This document shows positions 28,849-41,731 of a stretch of 64,000 nucleotides of DNA, one piece after another. Every line of letters starts with the position of its first letter. Position 1 is the stretch's first letter. The position numbers and the translations under genes were made by a program. A model generated the notes under the pieces. The model was not told the origin of the DNA. It ran no database searches and saw only the letters and a list, made by a program, of their open reading frames with translations. This stretch comes from Marsupella aquatica (Eukaryota > Plantae > Marchantiophyta): contig OZ316891.1 of the NCBI GenBank assembly GCA_973895155.1, positions 9,177,875 through 9,241,874 of the forward strand. The letters run 5' to 3'.

Positions 28849-30852
28849 GGAGATCATCAAATGATGATATGTACATTTTGTATTTAATTACAGTGAAACT
28901 CTAGTTGCAACCGTGGATGTAGCCCTGACACGATGAACCACATATCTTGGTGTCAGTGTCCTTGTGTGCTGAAAGTCTTGGAGATGTCAAGTTGCTTTCT
29001 GTTTCAATCCTACAACCAATAGGTTTCAGAAAAGTATTTTGTAAGGTTGGGTCTAGACGGAAATAATTGGAGGTGTCCTCAATTCAAATAGGGGCCACTT
29101 CGGATTGAGGATGATGGTCCCTTTGGGGGCTGATGGAATAGGGCTCTAATGCCTTACCAGAACTTAGATATATTTAAAATGTCATTTTTTTTATAATTCT
29201 TGGTATTTTATGTAGAATAACGTACAGTCCAGATCTGGATGGGGCACTATGAAACTTGTCCTCTACTTTTACAAAAAGTAGGAAACCTCCTGTAGGTTTA
29301 AGTCTTTCTAACTCATGGGCAATAATAGCCTCTCAAAACTTAAACCACATCCCTCTTTCTTGGGGAGTTATGGCTCATCACAATGTGCTCTTAGGGAGTT
29401 TCAATTCTTGGGGAGTTATTGCTCATCACAATGTGCTGTTAGGGAGTTTCTATACACCTAATGGGAGGTTCTTTTTCAGAAATACTGCCATATGGGATCT
29501 AGAAATTTTGAATAGTTTAAACGTATTTTCTACCTTGAAATGGAGAAAAAGTAGATGCAAGGATGGAGTACAATGTGTGAGGGCTTTTAAGACCCAAAAG
29601 TGTCACGTTTACATAACTGAAGGATAGTAATTGAGTCCAAAGTAATGTTTATGCTTCATTAGGCTTCATTTTCAAAAATGGAAGCAATGGCATTAAGGAA
29701 AACAGAAAAAGAATCCCAGATGAACCACAATGCTTGACCAAAGATTCCAATAGACAGGATGGATCAGTTTCAAATGCTATTCAAACTCAAATAATATACT
29801 TCCTTTCATTGTTTGACAAAGGCACGAAGTACTTTTGCCCCCAGCTGAGGCAATATCCCAACAATGTTTCCCTTTAAAATCCTGACACGCTAAGGGACTC
29901 CCTCACTAACCAGTTAGAGCACTGGTTTATTGTGAGGATTCTCGTGCTGAAAAAGCAATAAAGCAACATGTATGTTTGGATCTGCGTACCCGTCAAGTGT
30001 TCTTGTGTATTCTATATCCTCGCCTGCTCCAATTCCATATTTATTAGTGGTTGTACCAAATTAACACATGGGTCTCTAATGTTCCCCCCGAAAAAATAGA
30101 AACAGAAAATCCCGTGGACTATAAAGTTTAACTAAATGCAGAGATTGGCACTTCCAATGTTTCATTGTAAAATGTTTACTAAACTCTTTCTTTGTGAAAT
30201 GTTTACCTTTTTGGGTGCCCAAAGGGCGTGGTTCACCACTTTCCCCCTGTGGAACAATATGGTGGTGTACTCAACCACCAACTTTGAAAATGATCTTGAG
30301 AAACCCCTTAAATATCATCCCAAAGCTTTATCTTTTGAATTTCCTTTAGAGAAGCTCTCGTCTATGGTCCAGTACATAGGTTTAGCAACCCTTGACCTTC
30401 CATTGCCCGTTCCAATGATTGCTGTGGAATGTGCCTGATTGGAAATGTGTTTGAGCTGCAATTGTCCCTTATTTGATTTTTTTCTTTTCAACAGCAATTT
30501 ACCCAGGCAAAGTTGATGCTTGGATGGACCACAATGCCTGACCATGTAATCCTAACAGGCTTTGAGACCCAATAGTTCCACTATTTATACCAAGAAAATA
30601 TATTACTTAGTTATAAACGGTGTTTGAAATGGTCCATCCAAACTGTTTATCTAATGTTGTAGTTCATCCTGGGTTTTTTGGCAATGCAGGTATAGTTCAT
30701 TTCACTCCACAATCAAATGGATTCAATTTAGGAAAAACACTACAACGACAAAGCCATGTATAAATATATACACATACTTTTTACAGAAAAAGGCCAAATA
30801 GAGTACAAAAGAATAAACAAGAGAGGTCCAAGTGGACAAAACCAAACGCAAA

Positions 30853-30994
30853 CGAAGTGAGCAAAAGGAAACCCTAAAAACCAAGAAAGAGGAACTAAAA
30901 GAAGTGAGCAAAAGGAAACCCTAAAAACCAAGAAAGAGGAACTAAAAGAAGTGAGCAAAAGGAAACCCCTAAAAACCAAGAAAGAGGAACTAAA
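30853..30994. repeat. Three near-perfect ~47-bp tandem repeats in the 3' UTR region of the non-LTR element
   Basis: gaagtgagcaaaaggaaaccctaaaaaccaagaaagaggaactaaaa x3. Confidence 0.9.
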
Positions 30995-31047
30995 ACTACC
31001 GCAAATGGACCGAGGTCCTCATCATACCTAGCAAATGTGGCAACAAG

Positions 31048-33760
31048 CTAGTGGTCTACATCAAGTGTCGAAACTAGATCGGCAAGTGGGACAGGAATGT
31101 CCTCTAGGGGGGCTAGCTGCTGCGGAGTCACACTAGCACCCACTATCAGAGATCGACGATAGACGGCCCGAGCTTGAGCACGCTGTAAGGTGACTGAAAT
31201 GCGTTGGTGAAAGTGCGTGGTCAAAACAGATAGCGGGGGCCCGGTGGGACCCATCCGGCCGTGAACATCCCGAGCAGCTTGGCGAAGAAGCCCGTCGAAC
31301 TAATGATGGAGACGCCCAAATATCTCAAGAGCAAGGGGCAGGAAGCTATCAAATGAAGCTCGTGCAGCATATTTGGCCTCCTTCGTTGTTGCTGCTCGTG
31401 ATGCTGCTACCCCTGCCATTGTTGCCGCTGTCCCAATGATGTCTTGGCGCAATGGGTTTGCCACCACTACATCTGCCAAAGTACGGTGACCTTCACGGAC
31501 CATGGTAAGATCCACCTGTAACCGCTGTGATGGAGGACCAGGTAACTTGAGCACCACCTCCCGCCGTGCGCAGACCAAAGAGCTAGAGAGAACCTGAGCA
31601 GTCGCATCTCTCACAGCGTCGCGAACAAAAAATGTTTTGCCGCCCAAACTGCATCGAAGAAGATGGACACCTGTGGCATCACAAGGCTTCCCACAAGTGC
31701 AGGTAGGAGGTAAACCAGCAAGAAGTGGGTGGGGCAAGCCCATACGAAGATGCATGGCTGTCGCAAACTCCGCTGAAGACATCCGCAGGTGAGGAATGAC
31801 TGGATTGGCCTGAAGCCAGCCTCCTGCGCCCTTCCCTCTGGAAGAAAGAATCCGAGCTCAGTCCGTGTCAGGTGCCTCAGTGAGGATGCTGGAGAGGGTG
31901 AAAGCGTGCATACGCCCAGCAAGGTTTGCCTGAAGACGAATGGGGTCCAAGGATAAAAACTCCTAGAATGAAGGTAACGCAGCTCGAACAGGATCGGGTA
32001 ATGATGACCGCACCGTGCGCAAATGAACCTGAAATGGGAGGGAACCCTCCTCGACCTCCATGAGAGACGAAAGTAAAAAAGGTCGATCCTCAGTAAGGAA
32101 ACGATCTGCCAACAATGAGAAGGCGGCCGCCCACGCGCCCAAGAAGGCCAAAGGTGCAAGGCGCTCAGTGGAAGTAAGCCCAAAACCACCGTGAGAAATA
32201 GGAAGACTGAGCTGTCGATGAAGCCACGGAGATGAGAGCAAAGTACCTGGCCCTAAAAGAGAGGCCAAAGTCTCACGAATGGAGACATCAAACGCTCGGA
32301 AGCTGTAGATAAAGATCCTCGGTAGGGGGATGTGTCCGAGCCAAATAGGACGCACGAGGGTGGATGCATCTCAACAACAACCCAAATGCTGCCTGAGAGT
32401 CTGCTAACTTAGGGAGCATAGGAGTAGGGGCTAAGGCAGCCTGGAGAGCTTCAGCAATGAAAGATGAGCAAAAGGAGGCGGTACCGACTGGGGAGCCAAG
32501 GACCCGAAGACTGTCGGCTGGACGTAAGAACCCAGGGGGAAGCGCAAGATCATAGGGTAACCCAGCTGGACTCCATGCACGACTCTTCACCGGCTGAACC
32601 CGTAAACCGAGGCCCAACAAATGGGTGGAAAGGGTGGCGAGGGCAGAAGTAACAGCAACAGGTGGACCAATGATGTGGGTGTCATCTGAAAGGGAGGGGA
32701 AGATACACTGGGGGTGGGCCGTGGAGGCTTCCCTTAAAGCAGTAAAATGGGCAATGGCAAAAAGAGGCCCACCCAAAGGGTCACCCTGACGTGTACCTTC
32801 TGTAGAAGAAAGAGTGGTATACACTCTTGTAGAGGTGTGATGACTATAGAAGAGGGGGGCCTCGAACCCATAGAAACAACGGACAAAGGGGATAAGGGAC
32901 TGGATGTCTGGATCCGCTGCCCTCAAAGCACAAAAAATTGTTGCCCAATAAACCGTATTGAAAGCATTGGAGACATCAGCCTGGAGGACAAGTGGAGGTC
33001 CAAGGTAGTACGAATACCCGCAATAACTGTCTCACAACCGCCAGGAACGCCCACTGCAAACTGATGTGGAGAGAGATGATCCGATAGTGCAGAGCGATAC
33101 TGCGATGAAAGTGTGCGAGACACCAGACAAAGAAAAACCTCTCCAATAGCTATGGGCCGAACACCCGGTGAAGACTTAGCCATGGCCAATAAACGAGAAG
33201 CACTCAAAAGCCGAGAGACTGGAGGAGGCAAACGGCCGACAACAATACACTGGCAAAAGGAGAAGAAAACTGGAAAACCAGACTGAGGATCCTCAGGGGG
33301 AATAAATCATGAAAATGCTCAAAGACATAGCCAGAGGGGCCACCAACCGCGCAACGCGGAGCATGGAGGAAAGCATAGGTGAAGTGGTCCCTACTAAACT
33401 GAAGATCCTCCTCAGGCTCAAAATCCTCCACGAACAAAGGGAGCTGATCATAAGGCTGCGGATGGAGATCCTGAAGGGCCGTCAAGGTGACCTCGCCAGG
33501 GGGGCTGGTGTGGTGGGAGAAAAGGCCTGGACCGCACGACGATATTCACCAGCCTGGGCTAAACGACAAGAGCGACAAAGGCGTCTATGCTCTGGAGAAT
33601 GAGAGTGGCGAGCTGGGTCAGACAAAGCACGGGTAGTAAAGGAACGGGCTCGAAGAAAGTACTCTTCCTGAAGCTGTTCCCAATCTCCCCGCAGAAAATG
33701 ATGGATACGAGAGGCAGTCTCACGGTGACCCACGCGACGTGACTAGGGAGGGTAAGAGTC
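31048..33760 (-). mobile_element. Decayed, 5'-truncated non-LTR retrotransposon with RT, CCHC knuckle and restriction-like endonuclease (CRE-like)
   Basis: Frameshifted ORF pieces: GVRPIAIGE, HQFAVGVPGGCE, GTRQGDPLGG, SLSDDTHIIG (RT); GGFGL; CTCGKPCDATGVHLLRC; VDLTM..LADVVV..KEAKY..PLALEIFG and QRISVTLQRAQA (endonuclease and C-terminus). No TSD found. Confidence 0.85.
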
Positions 33761-35139
33761 CACTGTATAAACTTTATATCATCGTCCACAAGCCAAAGTA
33801 TAGGCAATGCGACCCAAATGTTTCCTTTGCCATATACCATGAAGGAAAGTATGCACTAGTACGACAATGTTTCCCTTTTGTCCCTCTCAAGAAAGGAATT
33901 TTACTGCAGTAAAAGGCCCAACTAAGACGAAGGAGCACCATGCTTTACTTATTTTTCACCTCCCAAGAACTCATTTTTACTGCAGTAAAGTCCCAAGTGA
34001 GGGGAAGGGGAACAATGCTTTACTTCTATTTTCCACTCTCGAGAATGCAGTATTACTGCATTAAATGACATCATGTTGCTTCACTTCTTGACAGGGCTTG
34101 ATACGGTAATCTAAAATTGGTTGACTTTGTTTTTCATCTTTCAGTTTTTGTTTTTTAGCACATGAAGACATACTCTATGGTCATTTGAGATGAAGTTGTA
34201 GACAAAGATCTCGAACTTTCGAGAGAAGCCTTTCTGTTGGGTCCAGTATCTCATATTCTAACTACATTTACTGAATCAACTTGCCTTAGTCACAACAAAT
34301 ATACTATTCTGTCGTTGCTACTTCAAAGTGTTCAGTAACTATTAGTGGTACGTGTCACCGTCTAAAAGTCTCCCCCAAGCGTCAGGATAGATAATGATTA
34401 CCAGTTATGACATATCATAGAGCATTTAATGTGGGCAGTTCAAAAGCTCCTAGCTTGGGGGACGCTGCCAGATTAATTTAAGGTCTCAAATTCTTATCAT
34501 CGTTTTTTTCTCTCTGACACAAAGAGATCAGTAAAGTGGAGAAACCTTATTTAGGCGAGTCACCCATAGTTAGCATAAACCGTGGGTGACCATCGTTTAA
34601 CCAGACTACACTTTAAGGAATAGTGAGCGAGTGTGCCCTGACATACTTCGAAAACTTTCAGCTAGCCAGAATTTTGGTCATGGAAAACTGAAAGCCAGAA
34701 ACATTTTTAAGAAGAGAATTGATGCATTTGATTGGAGTAGTTCAGGTTCTGGCAAGAATAGTGGTGCTATTGGCAAGAGTCTACAAAAGGTCCCTCTCCA
34801 TGTCCAGCTCCCTCTGCTCCTAGACAATTAGCTTAGTGTGGGAAACCTCCCACAAAGAAACACCATTTGAGACTACATCTCAGATATGTTGAGTGAAGTT
34901 GAGGGCTTCAAGGAAGATCGGGGTGTACATCCAGAGTATATCTTGAACCCAAGAGGAAGGTGAGTGAGGCAAAGGTCTCTCTCTCACATGCTAGGAAAGT
35001 AGAAAGTCAGGCACTACATAGTTTCCACACTAAGCAAAATACCCTCACATACATTACTTTGTAGAACAAGCAGAGCTCTCCAATGATCAGATTCTCTCGA
35101 ATGATCAGATGAGTATCTTAGTTATAAAGCACCAACTAC

Positions 35140-37719
35140 AAGCTAGAGTTGGGGCCTAGGCTTCTAGGGTAAAGCCTCTAGACTATAACTCTATGGCTCA
35201 TCATGTTGATGGGAAAACTCATGAGTATGATGCATGTCAAATGGCCTACACACTTGCAGCATAGCCTCATCAACAACACTATGGTCATGATTTCTATTTA
35301 CATTAAAGAATGTACTATATGGCCCCACCATAACATATGCGCATAGAAAGAAGAATGTGCATAGAAAAGAGTACGGTATGTTATGTATGATTATTAAAGT
35401 GATGACATGCATGATGATTTTTTTTATCATTTTATTAACCTTCAAAGAATGTGAATAAGGAATATATTTTGGTGACATTTTTATTGTCCTCCCCGCTATA
35501 CACATTCAACGAACATGTAGTCGGGGCTAGTAAGGAAATATGTGAAAGAGCATTGATATCTAGAGTTGGCTTGAAGAGCCATCTGTGCAATAGCATAGGA
35601 AATTTTGTAGTGGATGATTGATGAGAGACTACACATTTGGTGCCAAAGGCTCTCCTTGGTTTTTAGGAATTGAATTTTATCAATTCAATCTCCTTCTTTG
35701 AAGGAATTGTTGTGAATGAAGGATTCAGCAAAATCCCCTCAACATATTCCATTGTTGTTAAGAATTGTACAAATATCAAAATTTTGTTTGTATTACAAAA
35801 TATTGGTTACAACCATGCAAAGTAGGAGCAACTTCGCTTATCCACCTATAACATTACTTACAGAGTTCCCCTAAACCCTGCCTTTGCTTGCTGCACGGAT
35901 TACATTGATATGCAATCTAGGCTAACCTGTGCTAATGGTCACCTTCCCAACCTCTATTTGCTATGTTCATGTCCTGATGCCTTTCACTGTGGGCTCTCAT
36001 ATACATTTGCCTCCTGGGTAAAAACTTAAAAGTCATGATCACAAGTGCCTCAAATGTAGTTGTAAACTTGGGTCAACGCAGATCAAATCTTTTTCTAAAC
36101 CAACTCCACTTTTGCTTCATGCCCCCAATACCCCACTCAACCCTCACTCTATACCCAAAGTGCATTTTGTTTATTAAAACATGTTTAGTGGCCTGCTGGT
36201 AGACAAAGTGATTGGACCTCTGCTTTATTGAATCCTCTCATGATGTATTTCTTCCTAACTGTGTAGCCTGAATTACCAAGATTTAGACTGACCTTGAACA
36301 TCAACAACAAGTCCTTGTCCCCACCCAAGAATGCGTTACAATGGTATGAGCTAGGGTATCCTCTATCAATGGAAACCAACAGGCTATAGTGGTCTACAAC
36401 CACAAATTAACTCGTACCATACACTGTCGTTTGTCAATGGAACCATTAATTTAGTGTGGTGCAGGTTCTCAAATGGCCTACACACTTGCAGTAGAGTGCC
36501 ATCAACAAAACCAATACAACCGCTGTGGAATGCGGCTGCCCTATCCTCTTTGCTCTTTGAGAGATGACCACCTGATTTCATCCTGGAGTGCTTCATTGAT
36601 ACAACTAGCCACAAAGACGGCATCATCACACAAGACCGATTGTGACCAATTCCACATAGATGCATCGTAGATTATGTTGTCGTGTTTCAGGTGCATGATG
36701 AAACTTAAAACTCTCTGTTCAGGTGTGAGTTTGCATGGACAACTAGACATTTTATGAGCTTCTCTTGTGGATCTAGAATGGGAGACAATTGTAGGCCCTA
36801 CCATATTACAAGTAAAGTTAGTCAAGTCCCCAAAATGTGGATGGTTGACAATTTCCTGCCACGCTGATCACAAATGGGTTCATTGCAGTTCACAGTAGTC
36901 TGAATTTCACGAGACAACTAAGTAGGCTGAAAAGAATTAACCATTGCAACATATGTAATCAGCCCTTACTTGATGAATGCCAATTGTATAATTATCCAGT
37001 ACCTCAGTTTTGTCATCCTCACTGCTGCTACTACTCAAGCAATATTGATTAGAGGAAATGGTAAATCCAACACCTTCAACCTCCAACATCTGTTCCCTAA
37101 GTATACAAGTGCAACTGTTTCAATCACCGGGCAATTTGGCCTTCAAACAAAATTGAGCTTGCTGCTGGAAAGACAAATATTGTGAAAGGAGGCAAGACCT
37201 TTCCTACTTTGCTCTTCAGTCAAGCATAGCTGATCAATGGAGGCTCATATCTGACAAGTATAAGATTTAATTGTACAGCGTACCATCAACCTGAGCCACT
37301 TTTCTGTCCAAACAACACATCAATGTTGGCTCAGCCAGTTCTCATCGGAGCTTGATGCTGGGCGCAGGGCTTGACAACTTCTAATCCTAACAGTAACCAC
37401 AACCGGGACCACAACGACCAAACATCCATGCATTGGACACATATTTTTCTATGTAACTCAACCACAATTTCTTAATCGGCAAAATCATCGGTGACTTTTA
37501 GGATACTAAATATCTGCCCATGGTTTTGTAAAATATGGCCAAGAATATGGATAACTTTACAAGAAAGCTTGAAAGCCCATTCTTTGAATGTTAATAGGAA
37601 TGAGAACAAATATCTGCACGCATGATACATACATTTCATTGTTATTCCATGTGCAAATTTGGGTGGGCCTAGAGTCATGGTCTAGAGGCCTCACTGTAGA
37701 AGCCACCTCAATCTAGCTT
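35140..37719. repeat. Diverged inverted pair of a dispersed repeat bracketing the Harbinger relic; a third copy starts at 53791
   Basis: aagctagagttgggg...gcctctagac.at.actcta at 35140 (+), its reverse complement ending at 37719, and again at 53791 (+). All three share a downstream ttcaaagaatg motif. Confidence 0.55.
36040..36825 (-). pseudogene. PIF/Harbinger (DDE_Tnp_4-type) transposase relic
   Basis: Fragments LTPEQRVLSFIMHLKHDN, GCIGFVDGTL, VVDH..RGYPSSYH and MHFGYRVRVEWGIGGMKQKW (~36100-36165), broken by frameshifts and stops. Confidence 0.75.
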
Positions 37720-39302
37720 TTGTTTGCAATTTATTAGTAAGAGGTCTTTATAGGTGTTTTTATATATTGTAAATTACAAGTTCCTGGGTAAAGTCTTTGA
37801 GTTATCCATTGGAAGTAATAGTTCTGAATTGAATTTGATCATGTATTTGAAAGAGCATATAAGGAGCCCAGGTCCCCATCACAAAGCATTGTGGTGAGGA
37901 CAAACAGAAAAAGGGTGTGTGAAATTCTTTATTGGGCTAAATATTGTTTTACTTGGTTGAGGATGACCTTTAGAGACATTGTGATCTGGTCAACATATCT
38001 GAGAAGGCCGGTAACGGGATGTCGAGGGTTCATACTGTTCTAAATTTTCTCATGGCAGCAAACAGTGGCAGGACCTAAGCTACCATTTGAGTGTCATCTT
38101 GATCATTAGTTCAAAACCAGGGGAATTAAGAGCATATGTTAATATGTTTGTTTTTGAGTACAAGTGTCATTTCATGAGTTTAATATTGTGGGCAATCTAT
38201 GACCCAAGATGTTATTCTCATTGTATCTAACTATAACTCCTAGTTTTTAACAAATCACCAAAAAATGTTTTCAGGATTCAAGAGAACTATGATGGGAAGT
38301 GAGTGGGAAAGCCTCCAGGGTAGGTATGCTACCCAGGTCTGCTACCCACCTAGGCAAATGAACAGTGGCCAATTAGGGCAGGGCCTCTTTCACAGTAGCA
38401 ACTTTGGTTTAAGTTTGTCAAAGAGTAAGGTGGAAAATGATGCATAGAACAGGGAAGGGGTTTACAACCAATACAAGCTGCCCACCAGTCATTGAGGGTA
38501 GCAAACAGATTTCACCCAATGTAGTTTCATTGGTGCATAGCTTTGGGGCAAACTAAGACACAACGGCAATTGGGGGTTGTGGCTGCTATGGCAGTGTGGC
38601 AAGTGGATTCTGATCACAGGAAGACAACATGACAAACTTGATTACCCTGAGTTAAATCTATGTCAACTTAATGCTGTCCAAGATTAGTGGGCCACCGTAC
38701 GCTGCCCGTCCCTAAGCCCAATGCAGCCTGCCCGACCAAAGCAACGAATGTCGGTTTGTGTTCTGGCATGGATGACGGAACCTTTCCGTCCCCGTCTGTC
38801 TTTTCAAAATCTGGGTGGGAGTGCCCAGCCAACCCTGCGGTCTCCCACTCTCGTTCCCACTGTCGACCCTGCACTTCTATTTCACACACACCAAGGAGCG
38901 CACGAACATTGGGGTCGCACAAGAAAGCGCAGGAGTGCACGAACATTCCCTTTTGGTCAGATCCTTCAATCCTGACATTGCAATCTGCCTCATCTTTATA
39001 GTGAAATCATTCATACACACATAGAAGTCCGGAACCAACACATCGACATTGCCTGCTCAGGTATACTTTATGTGCTTCCGCATTTTAGGGTTGTAGTTCA
39101 TGTTCTGCATGCATTGAGTTCTGGATGCATCTTTTAGGCTTACAGTTTATGTTCTGCAACATGTTTAAACAGGACTATAGAGATTCCGACATTGACATGG
39201 ACATTTCGGATTTCCCGCAGATAATGTTGCCTCGCTCAGTGCATTTCTAGTTTGAAGTTTGCGTTTTGCCTTTTCTGTTATTCATAGGCTTGGCTCATTC
39301 CA

Positions 39303-39872
39303 ATGAGCCAACATGCATGGGAAGATCTGCAGAACCCTCGGCTTGGGAAATTCTCATTTGCAGACCTTGCTTGGAGCCCTCACGATGAGGCTATCATCCC
39401 GTGGAACCGTTTGTCAGATTTCAAGGATGGTGAGGGTAGAAGGGATCCCAAAGTTGAAACCTCTTTCCATATTAGATCTTCAAGGAAATCACCTTTAGAA
39501 AACATAGACTGGGTCAAATACAAAATATTTGGGTGTTCCTATGGGCCCCAAGAAGAAGACTCGCAGACTATAATTGTTCCTCCATTGCTAGGAACAAAAC
39601 CAAAATCAGGTGTTGGCAATATACCCCGACTACGGAAAATAGCATTCAACAATCATGCAAAGCGTGGCTGTCAATGCCACTTCACTGCCCACAGGATGAG
39701 ATCCAATCCTCATGTGTACAAAATCTCCTACAAATTCAGGTACGGACTGAATGGGGGCATTGTTATAATTAAAACCAGAAATTGTTCTATTCCAAGCATG
39801 CTAGTCTTTGTATGCTATACCGAATTGGTATGTGATGGTTTGCATTCTGCCTCGTATGCGAACCTATCTTAG
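39303..39872 (+). pseudogene. N-terminal fragment of a MULE/SWIM-type transposase-related protein (putative Zn-binding DNA-binding domain)
   Basis: FADLAW..AIIPWNRLSDFKDGE..TSFHI..GCSYGP..KRGCQCHF resembles, from memory, the N-terminus of plant SWIM-finger MULE-derived proteins (AT4G13970-like). No catalytic domain follows. Confidence 0.65.
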
Positions 39873-40020
39873 TGTCACTTGGATTGCATTGTGCGGGTTT
39901 GCGTTTTGCCTCGTATGCAAACCTCATTGTCACACTTGGATTGCTTTGTACGGGTTTGCGTTTTGCCTCGTATGCGAACCTCACTATCATGCTTGGATTG
40001 TATTGTACGGGTTTGCATTC
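39820..40020. repeat. ~57-bp tandem repeat, about 3.5 copies, inside the MULE
   Basis: ttggattg..ttgt.cgggtttgc.tt.tgcctcgtatgc.aacct is repeated. Confidence 0.85.
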
Positions 40021-41597
40021 TGTATTGCAGAGAGCATTGCAACCAAAGAGGGCAATTTGTGCATGGCAATTGGGATCCACAATTGCCCCCCCCCACGGGG
40101 ACGGAAAGGTTCCGTCATCCATGCCAGAACACAAACCGACGTTTGTTGCTTTGGTCGGGCTGGCTGCATTGGGCTTAGGGACGGGCAGCGTACGGTGGCC
40201 CACTAATCTTGGACAACATTAAATTGACGTAGATTTAACTCAAGGTAACTTGATTCACTTCTACGAGTCACACTATTTAGCATTTAATGTTGTCCTGTAG
40301 CTCAATAAACATTGACCTTTGGGGGAGTATGTGAGTTAAAGCTCCTGTGCAATGAAAAAATTCCCTAGCATCACGTTTCTGAACCCCACTTTTTTGTTTT
40401 GTTTTGGGGGAGGGAGGGGTCTTGTGTGGTAAGAGCCGCGGTACAAGCACTAGCGGGCAAAAGAGGTTTGACCCGAGGACCTGTGCCTTCCCACTCTCAC
40501 GTGCGATTGTATGTTTGGAGCATGTTCTGTGAGGACGCGTTAGCTAGCAATAAACCTATGAAGACAATACTAGGTTTGCATTCAAATATTTTTTGAAATC
40601 CTTGGTCGTTGCAGTCTTGGCCGGCCCTAAACCATGCGGTGAAAATGACGGTCAAGTTCCTTGCGCTCATAGTCTGGGTAGACTATGGTCGCAGTACACG
40701 ATGATGCCATGAACTAGATTCATGGTGTCAATAGCAGAGAATACAAGGAATACATATATTTTCTGTACAAAAATGTAAAATGGGTCTATTGGGTAAGAAA
40801 TAGACTTTGGGAGTTGGTTGGGGCAGAAAGAGCAAGATGGGGGGTTGATTAAGCATATACCCCAGGGCCGTGGTTTGCCCTACACATGAATCCCTCCTGT
40901 AGTTTTTGCTTGGTATTGATGTGGGTGGCTATGAGCCGTAACCTCTGCCAGCCTGGCCCTGAGGTTATGTAATGTTGCACCTAGTGCCTAACCAGTCTGG
41001 AATGTTATCAAATTTCAGACACATTTTTCAAATCAAGAATAGAGCAAAACTACACTCAGTGGTTACGCTGCTTAATCCATGGTCACTCAAGGGCAATGGC
41101 TCTAACCCCCTTGGACTCGTTGCCCTTGCGGATTCCACACCATAACCCCTTGGACCAGGGTTTATTGTACACATGATTGATGATATCCAAGCCTATTGGA
41201 TTTATAAGATCTTTGGCTCACAAGCATACTGTTTAAAACTCGATTAGTTTATTTTGGAATTTTCACTTTTAGGATGGGATTCAAATGGAAGTCTGGGGTA
41301 CATTTTACGGTATTGTGTTTCTCATCTTCTCACCAAACATCTAAATATGAGGGTGGGTGTACGGTATGGGTGGCTGGCTGGGAGGTCAGATTCATAACAT
41401 GCAACTGATGGAATTATCAGCTATGCTACGGCAGGGACAAATCACAGACAATGGGGCAATAAATGCGCTTTCAGGTGCCAGCTGCCCCCCTCTGCATAAT
41501 TATGCAGTCATGGGAATCCCATCCCCTGTCGTACATCACCTCTGGGGTTGGGACAGGTTAAAGAAGGCAGTGGGGCAGAGCACTGTACTGTCCAGGT

Positions 41598-41731
41598 AAC
41601 TCTCTCTAAGTGCACACAATCCAGTTGTCTCTCTTGAGTGCACACTGTCCACTTATCTCTCTAAGTGCACATTTTCCAGTTATCTCTCTCTAAGAGCACA
41701 CTGTCCACTCAGCTCTCGATAAGTGCACACT
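41598..41731. repeat. ~28-bp tandem repeat, 5 copies, core ctctaagtgcacac..tcca
   Basis: Directly visible. Scattered inverted tgcacttat motifs follow to ~42005. Confidence 0.75.

Larger units (their letters stand above)
38644..40246 (+). mobile_element. Non-autonomous Mutator-like element (deletion derivative) with ~150-bp TIRs and a 9-bp TSD
   Basis: TIRs 38644-~38795 and ~40095-40246 are near-perfect reverse complements. AACTTGATT is duplicated at 38635-38643 and 40247-40255. Confidence 0.9.

Noticed and set aside
28700-29000. Possible solo-LTR relic (ccgtggatgtagcc...gaaccac)
   Set aside because: Only a weak motif resemblance; no partner LTR, TSD or coding remnant.
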